Source: an uncultured Bacteroidota bacterium
GTDB taxonomy: Bacteria > Bacteroidota > Ignavibacteria > UBA10030 > UBA6906
Assembly: GCA_963700635.1 (NCBI GenBank)
Contig: CAVOYH010000005.1
Span: forward strand, 64,001 to 128,000
Length of the DNA stretch: 64,000 nt
Direction of reading: 5' to 3'
Position numbers and translations under genes: made by a program. Of this stretch, positions 43,630-54,160 are shown piece after piece. Within the stretch, counting starts at the first letter, position 1. Every line of letters begins with the position of its first letter. Below the pieces are notes generated by a model. The model saw only the letters and a program-made list of their open reading frames with translations, ran no database searches and was not told where the DNA came from.

Positions 43630-44835
43630 ATGCGCGCACCGATATACCTTGACAACCATGCCACAACGCGGATTGACCCGCGGGTGCTGGACGCGATGAT
43701 GCCTTTCCTTCGTGATCAGTACGGTAATGCCGCAAGCCGCGCGCATGAATTCGGCTGGTTTGCTGCAGCTGCCGTGGACGTTGCCCGCGCGCGCGTCGCC
43801 CGGCTGATCGGTGCTGATAGCCGCGAGATTGTCTTTACAAGCGGAGCCACGGAATCCATCAATCTCGCGCTTAAGGGTCTCGCGGAAGCTGTGTTCAACC
43901 GGAAGCAGAAATCAGGGTATCACATTATTACCGTAGCATCCGAACACAGGGCCGTTCTTGATTCCTGCGCACATCTGGAACGCGCCGGGTTCCGCGTGAG
44001 CGTCCTCCCGGTTGATGAGTATGGCCGCATCTCAGCGGATCAGGTCGCGCACGCCATCACCGATGAGACAATTCTGGTGAGTGTCATGTGGGCCAATAAC
44101 GAGATCGGGACAATCGCGCCCATGGAAGAAATCGCCCGGGTGTGCAGCAAGCGCGGTGTTCTCTTTCATTCTGATGCAACGCAGGCAGTCGGGAAAATCC
44201 CGGTGGACCTCACGCGTATCCCCGTGGATCTCCTGTCGTTCAGCGCACACAAGATGTACGGACCCAAAGGGATCGGTGCGCTCTATGTACGAAGCCGGAA
44301 CCCGAAAATTCCACTCGAATCTCAAATTGATGGGGGAGGGCATGAGTCGGGGGTACGTTCCGGAACGCTGAATGTGCCGGGGATTGTCGGGTTTGGCAGA
44401 GCGGCCGAGATCTGCGGCGAAGAAATGGAACAGGAGGCAGGGAGAGTTATTGTATTACGCGACCTCCTGGTGGGGGAACTCCGGCAACAGTTGCCTGACG
44501 TCGTCGTCAACGGGGATCCGGAAAACCGCCTTCCGCACAATGCAAGCATCACATTCCCCGCCCGGCGAGCCGAGAGGCTCATGCGTGGGATGAAAGAAAT
44601 CGCGGTTTCATCGGGATCCGCATGCAGTTCCGCGCAACCCGGACCGTCTCACGTCCTGAAAGCAATCGGATTGTCTCCGGCAATGGCCGCGGGGACGCTG
44701 CGATTCGGACTGGGTCGGTTCACCACACGCGAAGAGATCGAATACACTGTCCTAAAAGTCGTGGAAGCAGTTACAGCTCAACAACACAATGAACAATGGA
44801 TACCTCATGAAGGCACAAGAATATCTTCTGAATAA
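43630..44835 (+). CDS. iscS: Cysteine desulfurase, IscS type
   Basis: YLDNHATT, FTSGATES, SAHKMYGPKG, RSGT, SSGSACSS. Confidence 0.93.
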   Translation: MRAPIYLDNHATTRIDPRVLDAMMPFLRDQYGNAASRAHEFGWFAAAAVDVARARVARLIGADSREIVFTSGATESINLALKGLAEAVFNRKQKSGYHIITVASEHRAVLDSCAHLERAGFRVSVLPVDEYGRISADQVAHAITDETILVSVMWANNEIGTIAPMEEIARVCSKRGVLFHSDATQAVGKIPVDLTRIPVDLLSFSAHKMYGPKGIGALYVRSRNPKIPLESQIDGGGHESGVRSGTLNVPGIVGFGRAAEICGEEMEQEAGRVIVLRDLLVGELRQQLPDVVVNGDPENRLPHNASITFPARRAERLMRGMKEIAVSSGSACSSAQPGPSHVLKAIGLSPAMAAGTLRFGLGRFTTREEIEYTVLKVVEAVTAQQHNEQWIPHEGTRISSE

Positions 44836-45268
44836 CAGCAAAGAGTTCCTGGCGTTTTTACGAACACGGGTTCCGGTTTTCCATCTTTCGAACATCTTTT
44901 TCCGCGATGTCCACTTTTCGGTCATTGCATTTCTCGAGGCTCAGGGGATGCGCGTGGCGTACACGTCGGCGGAACGTTTGGCGTACAGGTTGATCGAGAA
45001 ACTTGAGAAGGAGAAGATCCTGGGGCCCATTGACCGGCAGACGTGGGTGGTGCTGTATCCGGACTACCGGACGCCGAACCGGAAGCCTGCAGCTGCTGCG
45101 GCTCCGGCCAAACCGGCAGGGCCCGCTGCTGCGACCGCCAAACCGGCAGGGCCCGCTGCTGCGACCGCCAAACCCGCGGGGCCCGCTGCGCCCGTCAAAC
45201 CGGCGGCAGCCTCTGCGCCAACGGCGACACCGGCCGGCAGCCCTGCATCGTCCGCCGCTCCGGTCTGA
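44807..45268 (+). CDS. Hypothetical protein with Ala/Pro/Lys-rich tail, inside the Fe-S operon
   Basis: Compact domain of about 95 aa ([10 protein letters not shown]) overlapping the iscS end, then [10 protein letters not shown] repeats; ends just before the sufB RBS. Confidence 0.7.
   Translation: MKAQEYLLNNSKEFLAFLRTRVPVFHLSNIFFRDVHFSVIAFLEAQGMRVAYTSAERLAYRLIEKLEKEKILGPIDRQTWVVLYPDYRTPNRKPAAAAAPAKPAGPAAATAKPAGPAAATAKPAGPAAPVKPAAASAPTATPAGSPASSAAPV
45107..45190 (+). repeat. 30-bp coding tandem repeat (about 2.8 copies)
   Basis: GCCAAACCGGCAGGGCCCGCTGCTGCGACC at 45107 and 45137, degenerate copy at 45167. Confidence 0.85.
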
Positions 45269-45300
45269 ACAGAAATACACGCACACGTACACGAGGAGTC

Positions 45301-46746
45301 ATGAGCACTGAAACATCAACAATCGAATCTCTCGCCAATAGCGAGTACAAGTACGGATTTGTCACCGACATCGAGGCCGATGCAGCGCCACGGGGACTGA
45401 GCGAGGATATTGTCCGCCTGATCTCGACAAAGAAGGGCGAACCCGCGTGGCTTCTGGAATGGCGGCTCAAGGCATACCGCCACTGGCTGACCATGAAAGA
45501 GCCCCGGTGGCCGAACGTGTCCTATCCGCCCATCGACTATCAGAACATCATTTATTACTCGGCCCCGAAACAGAAGGTCCAGCTCAATAGCCTGGATGAG
45601 GTCGATCCGGAACTCCTCCGCACCTATGAAAAACTGGGAATCCCCCTTGCGGAACGGGCGCGGCTTGCCGGGGTGGCGGTGGATGCGGTGTTTGACAGCG
45701 TGTCGGTGGCCACCACATACAAAGAGAAACTGATGGAGCTCGGCGTGATCTTCAGCTCCTTTTCGGAAGCGGTCAAGGATCACCCGGACCTGGTAAAGAA
45801 GTATCTTGGATCGGTGGTTCCATCGAATGACAATTATTTTGCGGCACTCAACTCCGCAGTCTTCAGCGACGGATCCTTCTGCTTTATCCCGAAGGGTGTC
45901 CGTTGTCCGATGGAGCTATCGACCTATTTCCGCATCAACGCCGCTGAAACCGGCCAGTTTGAACGGACTCTTATCGTTGCGGAAGAAGGGGCATACGTCA
46001 GCTACCTTGAAGGATGTACGGCCCCGATCAGGGACACCAATCAGCTTCATGCAGCGGTTGTGGAGCTGGTCGCGCTGGACAATGCGCAGATAAAGTATTC
46101 AACGGTCCAAAACTGGTATCCGGGTGACAAGGATGGAAAAGGTGGCATCTACAATTTTGTTACAAAGCGGGGGAAATGCCAGGGTCAGGGATCGAAGATC
46201 TCCTGGACGCAGGTTGAAACCGGATCAGCCATCACCTGGAAATACCCCAGCGTGCTCCTCATTGGAGACAACTCGGTGGGGGAATTTTATTCAGTGGCAG
46301 TGACCAACAACCGCCAGCAGGCCGATACAGGGACAAAGATGATCCATATCGGCAAGAACACCAAGAGTACCATCGTCTCGAAGGGAATCTCCGCCGGATT
46401 CGGTCAGAATTCATACCGCGGTCTGGTCGATGTCAAGAAGAATGCCTCGCATGCCAGAAACTTCTCCCAGTGCGATTCGTTGTTGTTGGGCGACAAGTGC
46501 GGAGCCCACACGTTTCCGTATATCGAGGTGCGGAATACCTCTTCGCGCGTTGAACATGAGGCATCAACATCCAAGATCGGCGAGGACCAGATTTTCTACT
46601 GCAGGCAGCGTGGATTATCGACCGAGGATGCGGTGAATATGATCGTAAACGGCTTCTGCAAGGAAGTGTTCCGGGAGCTCCCGATGGAGTTCGCCGTGGA
46701 AGCGCAGAAGCTCCTGGGGGTGAGTCTGGAAGGCAGCGTTGGTTGA
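45301..46746 (+). CDS. sufB: Fe-S cluster assembly protein SufB
   Basis: [44 protein letters not shown]; GAGGAG RBS. Confidence 0.97.
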   Translation: MSTETSTIESLANSEYKYGFVTDIEADAAPRGLSEDIVRLISTKKGEPAWLLEWRLKAYRHWLTMKEPRWPNVSYPPIDYQNIIYYSAPKQKVQLNSLDEVDPELLRTYEKLGIPLAERARLAGVAVDAVFDSVSVATTYKEKLMELGVIFSSFSEAVKDHPDLVKKYLGSVVPSNDNYFAALNSAVFSDGSFCFIPKGVRCPMELSTYFRINAAETGQFERTLIVAEEGAYVSYLEGCTAPIRDTNQLHAAVVELVALDNAQIKYSTVQNWYPGDKDGKGGIYNFVTKRGKCQGQGSKISWTQVETGSAITWKYPSVLLIGDNSVGEFYSVAVTNNRQQADTGTKMIHIGKNTKSTIVSKGISAGFGQNSYRGLVDVKKNASHARNFSQCDSLLLGDKCGAHTFPYIEVRNTSSRVEHEASTSKIGEDQIFYCRQRGLSTEDAVNMIVNGFCKEVFRELPMEFAVEAQKLLGVSLEGSVG

Positions 46747-46817
46747 TGGTTCCCCGTCCCCAGTCGAATAAAGAACAACCATCGGATAGACCCAAGGCAA
46801 AGGACACAGGAAAGAAT

Positions 46818-47573
46818 ATGCTTCGAATCAAAAATCTTCACGCCGCCGTCAACGGCAATAAAATACTGGAAGGCATTTCCCTCGAAGTGAAGGCCGGGGA
46901 GGTGCATGCAATCATGGGCCCCAATGGCTCCGGGAAAAGCACGCTGGCCGGAGTGCTCGCCGGGAAAGAGAGCTTTGACGTCACCGCCGGGGAAGTACAG
47001 TATGACGGCAAAGACCTTCTGGAAATGAACCCGGAAGAACGGGCACGGGAAGGTCTCTTCCTTGCCTTCCAGTACCCCGTGGAAATTCCAGGGGTGACGA
47101 ACACGTATTTTCTCAAGGCCGCACTGAACGCCATCCGGAAGCACCGCGGACTGGAGGAGCTGGATGCCATGGAGTTCCTTTCGCTGGTCAAGGAGAAGAT
47201 GAAACTGGTGGATCTTGATGCATCGCTTCTCAACCGGCCGGTGAACGAAGGATTCTCCGGAGGGGAGAAAAAGCGTAACGAAATTTTTCACATGGCCGTG
47301 CTGGAGCCCAGACTGGCCATCCTGGATGAGACCGATTCGGGGCTGGACATCGACGCGCTGCGCATTGTCGCGGATGGCGTGAACAAACTCCGCTCGAAAG
47401 AGAACGCCGTTGTGGTGGTAACACACTATCAACGGCTGCTCAACTACATCATTCCGGACTATGTCCATGTCCTCATGGACGGGCGCATCGTCAAGTCCGG
47501 CGGGAAAGAACTGGCGCACCAGCTTGAAGAAAAAGGATACGACTGGCTCAAGACGGAACCTCAAGCGGTGTGA
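46818..47573 (+). CDS. sufC: Fe-S cluster assembly ATPase SufC
   Basis: GPNGSGKST, FQYPVEIPGV, GFSGGEKKRNE, LDETDSGLDID; alternative start at 46746. Confidence 0.97.
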   Translation: MLRIKNLHAAVNGNKILEGISLEVKAGEVHAIMGPNGSGKSTLAGVLAGKESFDVTAGEVQYDGKDLLEMNPEERAREGLFLAFQYPVEIPGVTNTYFLKAALNAIRKHRGLEELDAMEFLSLVKEKMKLVDLDASLLNRPVNEGFSGGEKKRNEIFHMAVLEPRLAILDETDSGLDIDALRIVADGVNKLRSKENAVVVVTHYQRLLNYIIPDYVHVLMDGRIVKSGGKELAHQLEEKGYDWLKTEPQAV

Positions 47574-47624
47574 GCGACGTCTGTATCCCCCTGACGAAAT
47601 ACGCATGAGAATCTAAGGACCTGT

Positions 47625-48962
47625 ATGCAAAAGAGTGAATCACCAGTCGTCTGGTATGAACAGCAGTTTGAACTCCTTGAGCGCGAGCTTAACGGATCAG
47701 CGGGCTCCGCGGTCCATGCTCTCCGCCGCCGGGCAATGGCGCAGTTTACACAATCAGGTTTCCCCACAACCCGCGATGAAGAGTGGCGTTTCACGAACCT
47801 GGCGTCGCTGGCACGGCTGGAGTGTGTGCGTGCCGAAAAAGAGACGCGGGTGACGGCGCGGGAACTCACGCCGTATGTCCTGCCCGGGTCGTCTCATCGC
47901 CTTGTGTTTGTGAACGGGCGGTGGTCGCCGGGCCTCTCATCGATCGGATCCCTTCCGGCCGGAGTGCGGGTCGAGAGTATCGCTGAGGCATTCCGGCGCG
48001 ACGAAAAGGAAGTGCTCCGGACACTGGGCTCTCTCGCCCCCCTGGAGGATCACCCCTTCACCGCGCTGCAGACGGCATTTTTGTCTGACGGAGCGTATAT
48101 CGTGGTACCCGACAAGACCGATTGTCCGGACCCGGTAGAACTACTTTTTGTGGCGACGCCCGGAGAGTCCCCGCTGGCCATCCACCCCAGAAATCTGATC
48201 CGTGTGGGCAATCGTTCGCGGCTCTCGGTCGTTGAAACGTACGCCGGATTGGGCACATCCCCGTACTTCACGAACATGGTTACGGAGGTTCTTGTCGGGG
48301 AGGGTGCGGTACTTGAACACGATAAGCTTCAGGTTGAGAATATGCACGCCTATCACATCGGGAGTACCTACATTCGGCAGGAGGGGGAGAGCACGGTGAC
48401 TTCAAATTCCATCGCCCTCGGAGGCGCACTGGTGAGGAATGCCGTGATCTCGACATTCGCGGCACCGCACGCAGAATGTACATTAAACGGTCTAACCCTT
48501 ACCACCGGCAGCCAGCATATCGACAACCGCACCACGATTGACCATGCTCATCCGCACTGTGCCAGCCACGAGTTATACAAAGCGATCCTTGACGGCCAGT
48601 CCCGGGGTGTGTTTAACGGAAAAATTTTCGTCCGGAAGGATGCCCAGAAGACTGATGCCCGGCAGACGAACAAGACATTGTTGCTCTCCGATGAAACGAC
48701 GATGGATACGAAGCCGCAGCTGGAGATTTTTGCCGATGATGTAAAATGTACCCATGGTGCCACCATCGGCCAGCTGGAAGAAGACCAGGTGTTTTACCTG
48801 CGCACAAGGGGTATCGATGAGGCCGCTGCCCGCGACATCCTCACATTCGCCTTTGCCGGTGACGTTGTGGACCGTATTCACATCGTTTCACTGCGGGGGC
48901 GGCTGGAAGAAATCCTCCACAAACGGCTCCAGCAGGGCCGCATTCACACGGTGGAATCATGA
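47625..48962 (+). CDS. sufD: Fe-S cluster assembly protein SufD
   Basis: [37 protein letters not shown]. Confidence 0.96.
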   Translation: MQKSESPVVWYEQQFELLERELNGSAGSAVHALRRRAMAQFTQSGFPTTRDEEWRFTNLASLARLECVRAEKETRVTARELTPYVLPGSSHRLVFVNGRWSPGLSSIGSLPAGVRVESIAEAFRRDEKEVLRTLGSLAPLEDHPFTALQTAFLSDGAYIVVPDKTDCPDPVELLFVATPGESPLAIHPRNLIRVGNRSRLSVVETYAGLGTSPYFTNMVTEVLVGEGAVLEHDKLQVENMHAYHIGSTYIRQEGESTVTSNSIALGGALVRNAVISTFAAPHAECTLNGLTLTTGSQHIDNRTTIDHAHPHCASHELYKAILDGQSRGVFNGKIFVRKDAQKTDARQTNKTLLLSDETTMDTKPQLEIFADDVKCTHGATIGQLEEDQVFYLRTRGIDEAAARDILTFAFAGDVVDRIHIVSLRGRLEEILHKRLQQGRIHTVES

Positions 48963-50221
48963 CACAATCCGAAACAGCGACTCTTGCCGAGCAGTTTAAC
49001 AAGATTATCAGCATCGCCGGGTGCCGGCACCATTTCCCCCTCCTCCGCCAGTATGTGAACGGGAAGCCGCTGGTCTATTTTGATAATGCGGCAACGAGCC
49101 AGAAGCCCCAGGCCGTGATCGATGCGATGATGCGGTACTACCAGGAAGAAAATTCGAATATTCACCGCGGGGTGCATTCGCTCAGCGAGCGGGCCACGCA
49201 GGCGTACGAAAAGGTCCGGCACAAGGTTGCTGCCTTCATGAATGCCGGAGATCATCGCGAGATCATTTTCGTGCGTGGCACCACCGAAGGCATCAACCTC
49301 GTGGCGCACAGTTTTGGACGCGCCTTTGTGCAGGAGGGGGATGAAATCCTCATTTCCGGCATGGAACATCATTCAAACATCGTTCCGTGGCAGATTCTCT
49401 GTGAAGAACGTAAGGCGATCCTGCGCGTCATCCCTCTTACCGATACCGGTGAACTGGATCTCGATGCATTTCCGGCCATGCTTACCGAAAAGACCCGTTT
49501 GATGGCCGTAACGCACGTGTCAAACGCCCTGGGCACGGTGAACCCCGTCAAGGAGCTTGTCCGCCAGGCACATGCAAAAGGGATTCCGGTACTCGTGGAT
49601 GGCGCCCAGGCGGTTCCACATATGCACGTGGACGTGCAGGATCTGGACTGCGACTTCTATACGTTTTCGGCTCATAAGATGTTCGGACCAACCGGCGTTG
49701 GCGTCCTGTACGGCAAGCGGCGCTGGCTGGATACCATGCCTCCGTATCAGGGAGGAGGCGATATGATAAAGTCGGTGACGTTCGAAAAGACCATCTACAA
49801 TGATCTGCCCTACAAATTTGAAGCCGGTACGCCCAACATCGGGGGGAGTATAGGTTTGGGCGCGGCCCTGGACTATCTGCGCGAGTTGAACATGGATGCC
49901 ATCAGGCGGTTTGAAGACGAACTGCTCGCGTATGCGACGGAGCGGATTCTCACCGTCCCGGGGGTGCGTCTTATCGGCACGGCGCGGGAAAAAGCGGGGG
50001 TCCTCTCATTCGTGATGGAAGAGATTCATCCGCACGATATTGGCACCATTCTGGATGTTGAAGGAGTTGCGATCCGGACGGGGCATCATTGTGCGCAGCC
50101 GGTCATGCAGCGGTTCGGCATTCCGGCAACCGCGCGCGCCTCCTTCGCGTTCTACAACACCAAGGAAGAAGTTGATGCCTTCATCAAGGCCCTGCACAAA
50201 GTGAGGGAGGTGCTTTCCTGA
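48959..50221 (+). CDS. sufS: Cysteine desulfurase SufS
   Basis: [41 protein letters not shown]. Confidence 0.96.
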   Translation: MTQSETATLAEQFNKIISIAGCRHHFPLLRQYVNGKPLVYFDNAATSQKPQAVIDAMMRYYQEENSNIHRGVHSLSERATQAYEKVRHKVAAFMNAGDHREIIFVRGTTEGINLVAHSFGRAFVQEGDEILISGMEHHSNIVPWQILCEERKAILRVIPLTDTGELDLDAFPAMLTEKTRLMAVTHVSNALGTVNPVKELVRQAHAKGIPVLVDGAQAVPHMHVDVQDLDCDFYTFSAHKMFGPTGVGVLYGKRRWLDTMPPYQGGGDMIKSVTFEKTIYNDLPYKFEAGTPNIGGSIGLGAALDYLRELNMDAIRRFEDELLAYATERILTVPGVRLIGTAREKAGVLSFVMEEIHPHDIGTILDVEGVAIRTGHHCAQPVMQRFGIPATARASFAFYNTKEEVDAFIKALHKVREVLS

Positions 50222-50673
50222 TGCCCGCCCTGAGAGAACTGTACCAGGAGATCATCCTGGACCACAACAAGGCGCCTCGCAATTTCCGCAGGATGGAGGG
50301 CGCTACCCGGCGTGTGGAAGGATACAACCCCCTGTGCGGTGATCACTATACGGTGTATGTGAAAGTGGAAGGGGACACGATTGTGGACGTGAGCTTTGAG
50401 GGAGCCGGATGCGCAATTTCGAAGGCCTCGGCGTCGGTGATGAGCGCAATGGTAAAATCGCGCACCGTTGCCCAGGCTGAGGAACTTTTTGAGGAGTTTC
50501 ATCGGTTAGTCAAAGGTGAGCTGCATGGGGAAGAGGACGTCGAGCGGCTTGGGAAGCTGGCGGCGTTTGCCGGCGTGAGCGAATTTCCCGCACGGGTAAA
50601 ATGTGCGAGTCTTGCCTGGCATACACTCCACACGGCACTCAATTCCACCGAAGAGAGTATCAGCACCGAATAA
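50221..50673 (+). CDS. sufU: SufU sulfur-transfer protein
   Basis: LYQEIILDH, NPLCGD, GCAISKASAS, RVKCA. Confidence 0.95.
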   Translation: MPALRELYQEIILDHNKAPRNFRRMEGATRRVEGYNPLCGDHYTVYVKVEGDTIVDVSFEGAGCAISKASASVMSAMVKSRTVAQAEELFEEFHRLVKGELHGEEDVERLGKLAAFAGVSEFPARVKCASLAWHTLHTALNSTEESISTE

Positions 50674-50696
50674 TATCGCGAAAGCACGGTCGTATC

Positions 50697-51029
50697 ATGA
50701 GTGACACAATCATCAGCACTATTGAACAAAAATTGATTGAAGGACAGGCCACAGAGGCGATCAGGGGCTGTTATGATCCCGAGATCCCGGTGAATATCTA
50801 TGACCTGGGCCTGATCTATGACGTGGCGGTGAACGAGCGGGGCGAAGTTGGTGTCACGATGACCCTGACATCACCTCACTGTCCGGCTGCACAGTCCCTC
50901 CCCCGGGATGTGGAGCAACGTATCAAGATCATCCCCCGTGTGTCCGGGGTGAACGTAAAAGTTGTCTGGGATCCACCGTGGAATCCCAGCATGATGAGCG
51001 AAGCTGCAAAGCTCGAACTGGGTTTTTAA
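50697..51029 (+). CDS. sufT: MIP18/DUF59 (SufT-like) Fe-S maturation protein
   Basis: DPEIPVNIYDLGLIY, MTLTSPHCP, WDPPW. Confidence 0.9.
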   Translation: MSDTIISTIEQKLIEGQATEAIRGCYDPEIPVNIYDLGLIYDVAVNERGEVGVTMTLTSPHCPAAQSLPRDVEQRIKIIPRVSGVNVKVVWDPPWNPSMMSEAAKLELGF

Positions 51030-51051
51030 ACACTCATACAGGTAGAACACC

Positions 51052-51420
51052 ATGGACACAACAACACTCGATCCCAAGCCCATTGTCAATGATGAAATCA
51101 CACTCACTGCCAAAGCGGTGGCTGAGGTCCGCCGGCTGATGTCGTCCGGCAGCATACCCGAAACGCACGGACTCCGGCTCAGCGTTAAAGGCGGAGGGTG
51201 TTCGGGCCTCTCGTATGTGCTTGGCTTTGATGAACATCCCAAAGAAGCCGATGCGGTGATGGCGATCCAGGGGCTAAAGGTATTTGTTGATCCGAAGAGC
51301 CTTTTCTACATCTCCGGGACAGTCCTGGATTTTAGTGATGGGCTCAACGGCAAGGGATTTGTCTTCAACAACCCAAAGGCAGAGCGGACCTGCGGGTGTG
51401 GCAGCTCATTTGGCGTGTAA
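51052..51420 (+). CDS. A-type Fe-S carrier (IscA/SufA/HesB family)
   Basis: GGGCSGLSY, FNNP, CGCGSSF. Confidence 0.95.
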   Translation: MDTTTLDPKPIVNDEITLTAKAVAEVRRLMSSGSIPETHGLRLSVKGGGCSGLSYVLGFDEHPKEADAVMAIQGLKVFVDPKSLFYISGTVLDFSDGLNGKGFVFNNPKAERTCGCGSSFGV

Positions 51421-52184
51421 TGGATACCATGAAGCCGATAAATCGCCGGGTTTTTGTACAGACCATCGCCGCCTCTGGCGCGCTTACCCTTATCCCTCAG
51501 GTACTGAGAGCACATTCTACAGAAGAAACAATCATACATAATAAGGAGAATACACAGATGGCATTTGAATGGAAGTTTAAGACCAGACCGTATAGCGACG
51601 AGGAAGCAAAGAAACTGCTCGCTCCCGTCATTGATGCCGAGACATCTGATTGGCACTACAACACCCATCACAAAGGTTATGTCACGGCGCTGAATACCAT
51701 CGAGAAGGCGCTCGAGACAGCCGACCGGGGTACTGCCAATGGAAATTACAGCCAGATCGGTGAGCTGAAAAGAAGAACCACGTGGAACCATGCCGGGGCG
51801 CTCCTTCATGATGTGTACTGGGAGGTGCTGGGCGGAGATGGAGATCCGAACAAGGGGCCTGAGGTGAAAGCGGCGATCGAGAAGGAGTTTGGATCCTTTG
51901 ATGCGTGGAAAGCGGATTTTAAGGCAACAGCGGTGTCCGCAAAGCTGAGCGGCTGGGGAGTGTTGACGTTTGATATGCTCTATTCGCGCCGTGTGCTTAA
52001 CGTCCTGGTTGATGAGCACCACTATGGCGCCATCTGGGGCGGGATTCCCTTGATTCCCGTGGATGTATTCGAGCATGCGTACTATCACAAGGATGGACCG
52101 AAACGTGCGCTCTACATCGACAATTTTATTGCCAATCTGCACTGGGGCCGTATCAACGAGCGCTTCAAGAAATACGCAAAATAG
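51420..52184 (+). CDS. Fe/Mn superoxide dismutase with N-terminal Tat-like extension; internal start at 51558
   Basis: HYNTHHKGY, LHDVYW, FGSFDAWK, DVFEHAYY; INRRVFV twin-arginine-like peptide. Confidence 0.9.
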   Translation: MDTMKPINRRVFVQTIAASGALTLIPQVLRAHSTEETIIHNKENTQMAFEWKFKTRPYSDEEAKKLLAPVIDAETSDWHYNTHHKGYVTALNTIEKALETADRGTANGNYSQIGELKRRTTWNHAGALLHDVYWEVLGGDGDPNKGPEVKAAIEKEFGSFDAWKADFKATAVSAKLSGWGVLTFDMLYSRRVLNVLVDEHHYGAIWGGIPLIPVDVFEHAYYHKDGPKRALYIDNFIANLHWGRINERFKKYAK

Positions 52185-52461
52185 TTGTGGATGCTCCACA
52201 GCATGCCTCATATGATGCTGTTGAGCCAGCGGACGGGGTGTGCGCAGCGTGTCCGGAAACGGAACGCTGCGCCTTTGTCCCGCCGGGCTCAGAAAGATGG
52301 CATTCGCGCTGAGCGGTTTTTGGTACGATTTCCATTCATTCTCCCTGCATCACCTCCCGGCAGTCCGGACCGCGTGGCATAATGCGCAGGACACCGTCCG
52401 TCAGTTCAGCAATTTCCGCATGCTTTCGCATCATGACCCTACCGCAGAGTACGGTTTCAGC

Positions 52462-52490
52462 TTGAAGTTCTCCCCATTTTTGGCTATACT
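52462..52490 (+). promoter_or_regulatory. Putative sigma70 promoter of the LonN gene
   Basis: TTGAAG-17 bp-TATACT. Confidence 0.55.
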
Positions 52491-52511
52491 TTTGCATCGA
52501 AGGGGCCAGGC

Positions 52512-53132
52512 ATGAATGTGGAACACCTCCCCCTCTTTCCACTGCAGGTTGTCCTCTTTCCCCACGCCGCACTCCCACTCCACATTTTTGAGGAGCGGTA
52601 CCGAGCGCTGCTGCGGATGTGTATCAAGGAGTCCGTGGAATTCGGCATTGTGATGTTGAAGGGAGACCAGCTGGCGGAAATAGGGTGCTCGGCAGCAGTG
52701 ACGTCGGTTCTGCAAATGTATGAAGACGGGCGGATGGATGTGCTTGTGGAAGGCCGCAGACGATTTCGTACGCTGAAGGTTGACGACAGCCAGGCCCTGT
52801 ACCTGATCGGAAATGTGGAGTATCTGGACGAGCGCAGAGAGTTGCCCGACCCGGACAGCTTCACCGACACGGTCCAGAAGTACAACCAGCTTGTCGGACT
52901 GGTGTACGGGGGAAAAGTAAAGATGCTGGATCCGGTCGTTCCGTTGCCCGATCTTTCGTTTGTGATGGCGCAGAAGGCCGGGATGGATCTGGATCAACGC
53001 CAGCATTTGCTGGAGCGCGAAACCGAAGACGAACGGTTGGGCTTGCTGAACGAGTACCTGACCGGAGTACTGCCCCGGCTCAAAAAGCTTGAAGAGGTAG
53101 AACGTATCATACGAAGTGATGGATACCTTTAA
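52512..53132 (+). CDS. Stand-alone Lon protease substrate-binding (N-terminal) domain protein
   Basis: LPLFPLQVVLFP...LPLHIFEERY, DGRMDV..EGRRRF; no AAA+ or protease domain. Confidence 0.9.
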   Translation: MNVEHLPLFPLQVVLFPHAALPLHIFEERYRALLRMCIKESVEFGIVMLKGDQLAEIGCSAAVTSVLQMYEDGRMDVLVEGRRRFRTLKVDDSQALYLIGNVEYLDERRELPDPDSFTDTVQKYNQLVGLVYGGKVKMLDPVVPLPDLSFVMAQKAGMDLDQRQHLLERETEDERLGLLNEYLTGVLPRLKKLEEVERIIRSDGYL

Positions 53133-53153
53133 TTTACGCACAAGGAGATACCG

Positions 53154-53255
53154 ATGAACAAAAAAAGACGGAACGCCCGCAAGAAACACCGCAAGGCGAC
53201 TGACCGGGCGAAGGCAAAAAGAAGAACCCAGCTGGCGAATAAGAAAACCGTGTAA
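53154..53255 (+). CDS. 33-aa highly basic small protein MNKKRRNARKKHRKATDRAKAKRRTQLANKKTV
   Basis: AAGGAG RBS at 53142-53147, ATG 53154, TAA 53253-53255; fills the intergenic gap; below the ORF-track cutoff. Confidence 0.7.
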   Translation: MNKKRRNARKKHRKATDRAKAKRRTQLANKKTV

Positions 53256-53294
53256 CGTACCCAAGGGTGACCGGACCGGTCACCTTCGGTATTT

Positions 53295-54158
53295 ATGCCC
53301 TCTCCAACCTCGTACACGCTCGGTCGTCGACAGTTTCCCTTTACCCGGACGTATGTCATGGGTATCGTGAACGTAACCCCCGATTCTTTTTCTGATGGGG
53401 GTTTGTATTTTGATCCCGAAAAGGCGATTGCGCATGCCCTCCGGCTTGTGGAGGAAGGAGCAGACATTCTGGATATCGGCGGCGAATCCAGCCGGCCGAA
53501 GGGGACTGCCTATGGAAGCGGATCCGCGCCGGTTCCGGCTGAAGAGGAATTACGCCGTATCCTCCCTGTAATTTCTGCACTTTCCAGGCTGACCGATGTG
53601 CCACTTTCCGTGGATACCTCCAAGGCTTCTGTTGCAGGCGAGGCGCTGGCAGCGGGCGCAGCCATCGTCAACGACATCAGCGGATTCCGGATGGATCCGG
53701 CTCTGCCGGGTGTCATAGCCCGGGCCAATGCGGCGGCGGTTGTTATGCATATGCGTGGCACACCGGAGACCATGCAGCAGGACACTGAATATGACGATCT
53801 GTTTGGCGAGATCCGGTCAGCACTCAAGGAGAGTATCACAACGGGTGAAGCCGCGGGCATATCCCGCATTATTGTGGATCCCGGCATCGGATTCGGCAAG
53901 GACACTGCGGGCAATCTCCGGCTGCTGAACGGATTACACGAATTTGCGGAGTTGGGTTATCCGATTCTCGTCGGACCTTCCCGGAAGGCTTTTCTGGGTG
54001 CCGTGCTCGGCACGCCGGTCCAGGACCGCCTGGAGGGCACCATTTCCTCATCGGTGCTTGCTGCCGCCCGCGGTGCACGATTTATACGTGTCCACGATGT
54101 ACTTGCAGTTCACCGCGCCCTGCGCGTCGCAGACGCCATACTCACTGCCGAAGGGTAG
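53295..54158 (+). CDS. folP: Dihydropteroate synthase
   Basis: MGIVNVTPDSFSDGG, DIGGESSRP, DPGIGFGK, SRK, RVHDV. Confidence 0.97.
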   Translation: MPSPTSYTLGRRQFPFTRTYVMGIVNVTPDSFSDGGLYFDPEKAIAHALRLVEEGADILDIGGESSRPKGTAYGSGSAPVPAEEELRRILPVISALSRLTDVPLSVDTSKASVAGEALAAGAAIVNDISGFRMDPALPGVIARANAAAVVMHMRGTPETMQQDTEYDDLFGEIRSALKESITTGEAAGISRIIVDPGIGFGKDTAGNLRLLNGLHEFAELGYPILVGPSRKAFLGAVLGTPVQDRLEGTISSSVLAAARGARFIRVHDVLAVHRALRVADAILTAEG

Positions 54159-54160
54159 CC

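Noticed and set aside
45043-45300. Cys-rich N-terminal extension of SufB in the ORF track
   Set aside because: Alternative-frame reading of the upstream gene's repeat tail; the real start is ATG 45301 with a GAGGAG RBS
52242-52272. Possible SRP (4.5S) RNA because of the TCCGGAAACGGA hairpin
   Set aside because: Lacks the conserved CAGG/AGCA symmetric internal loop of SRP domain IV
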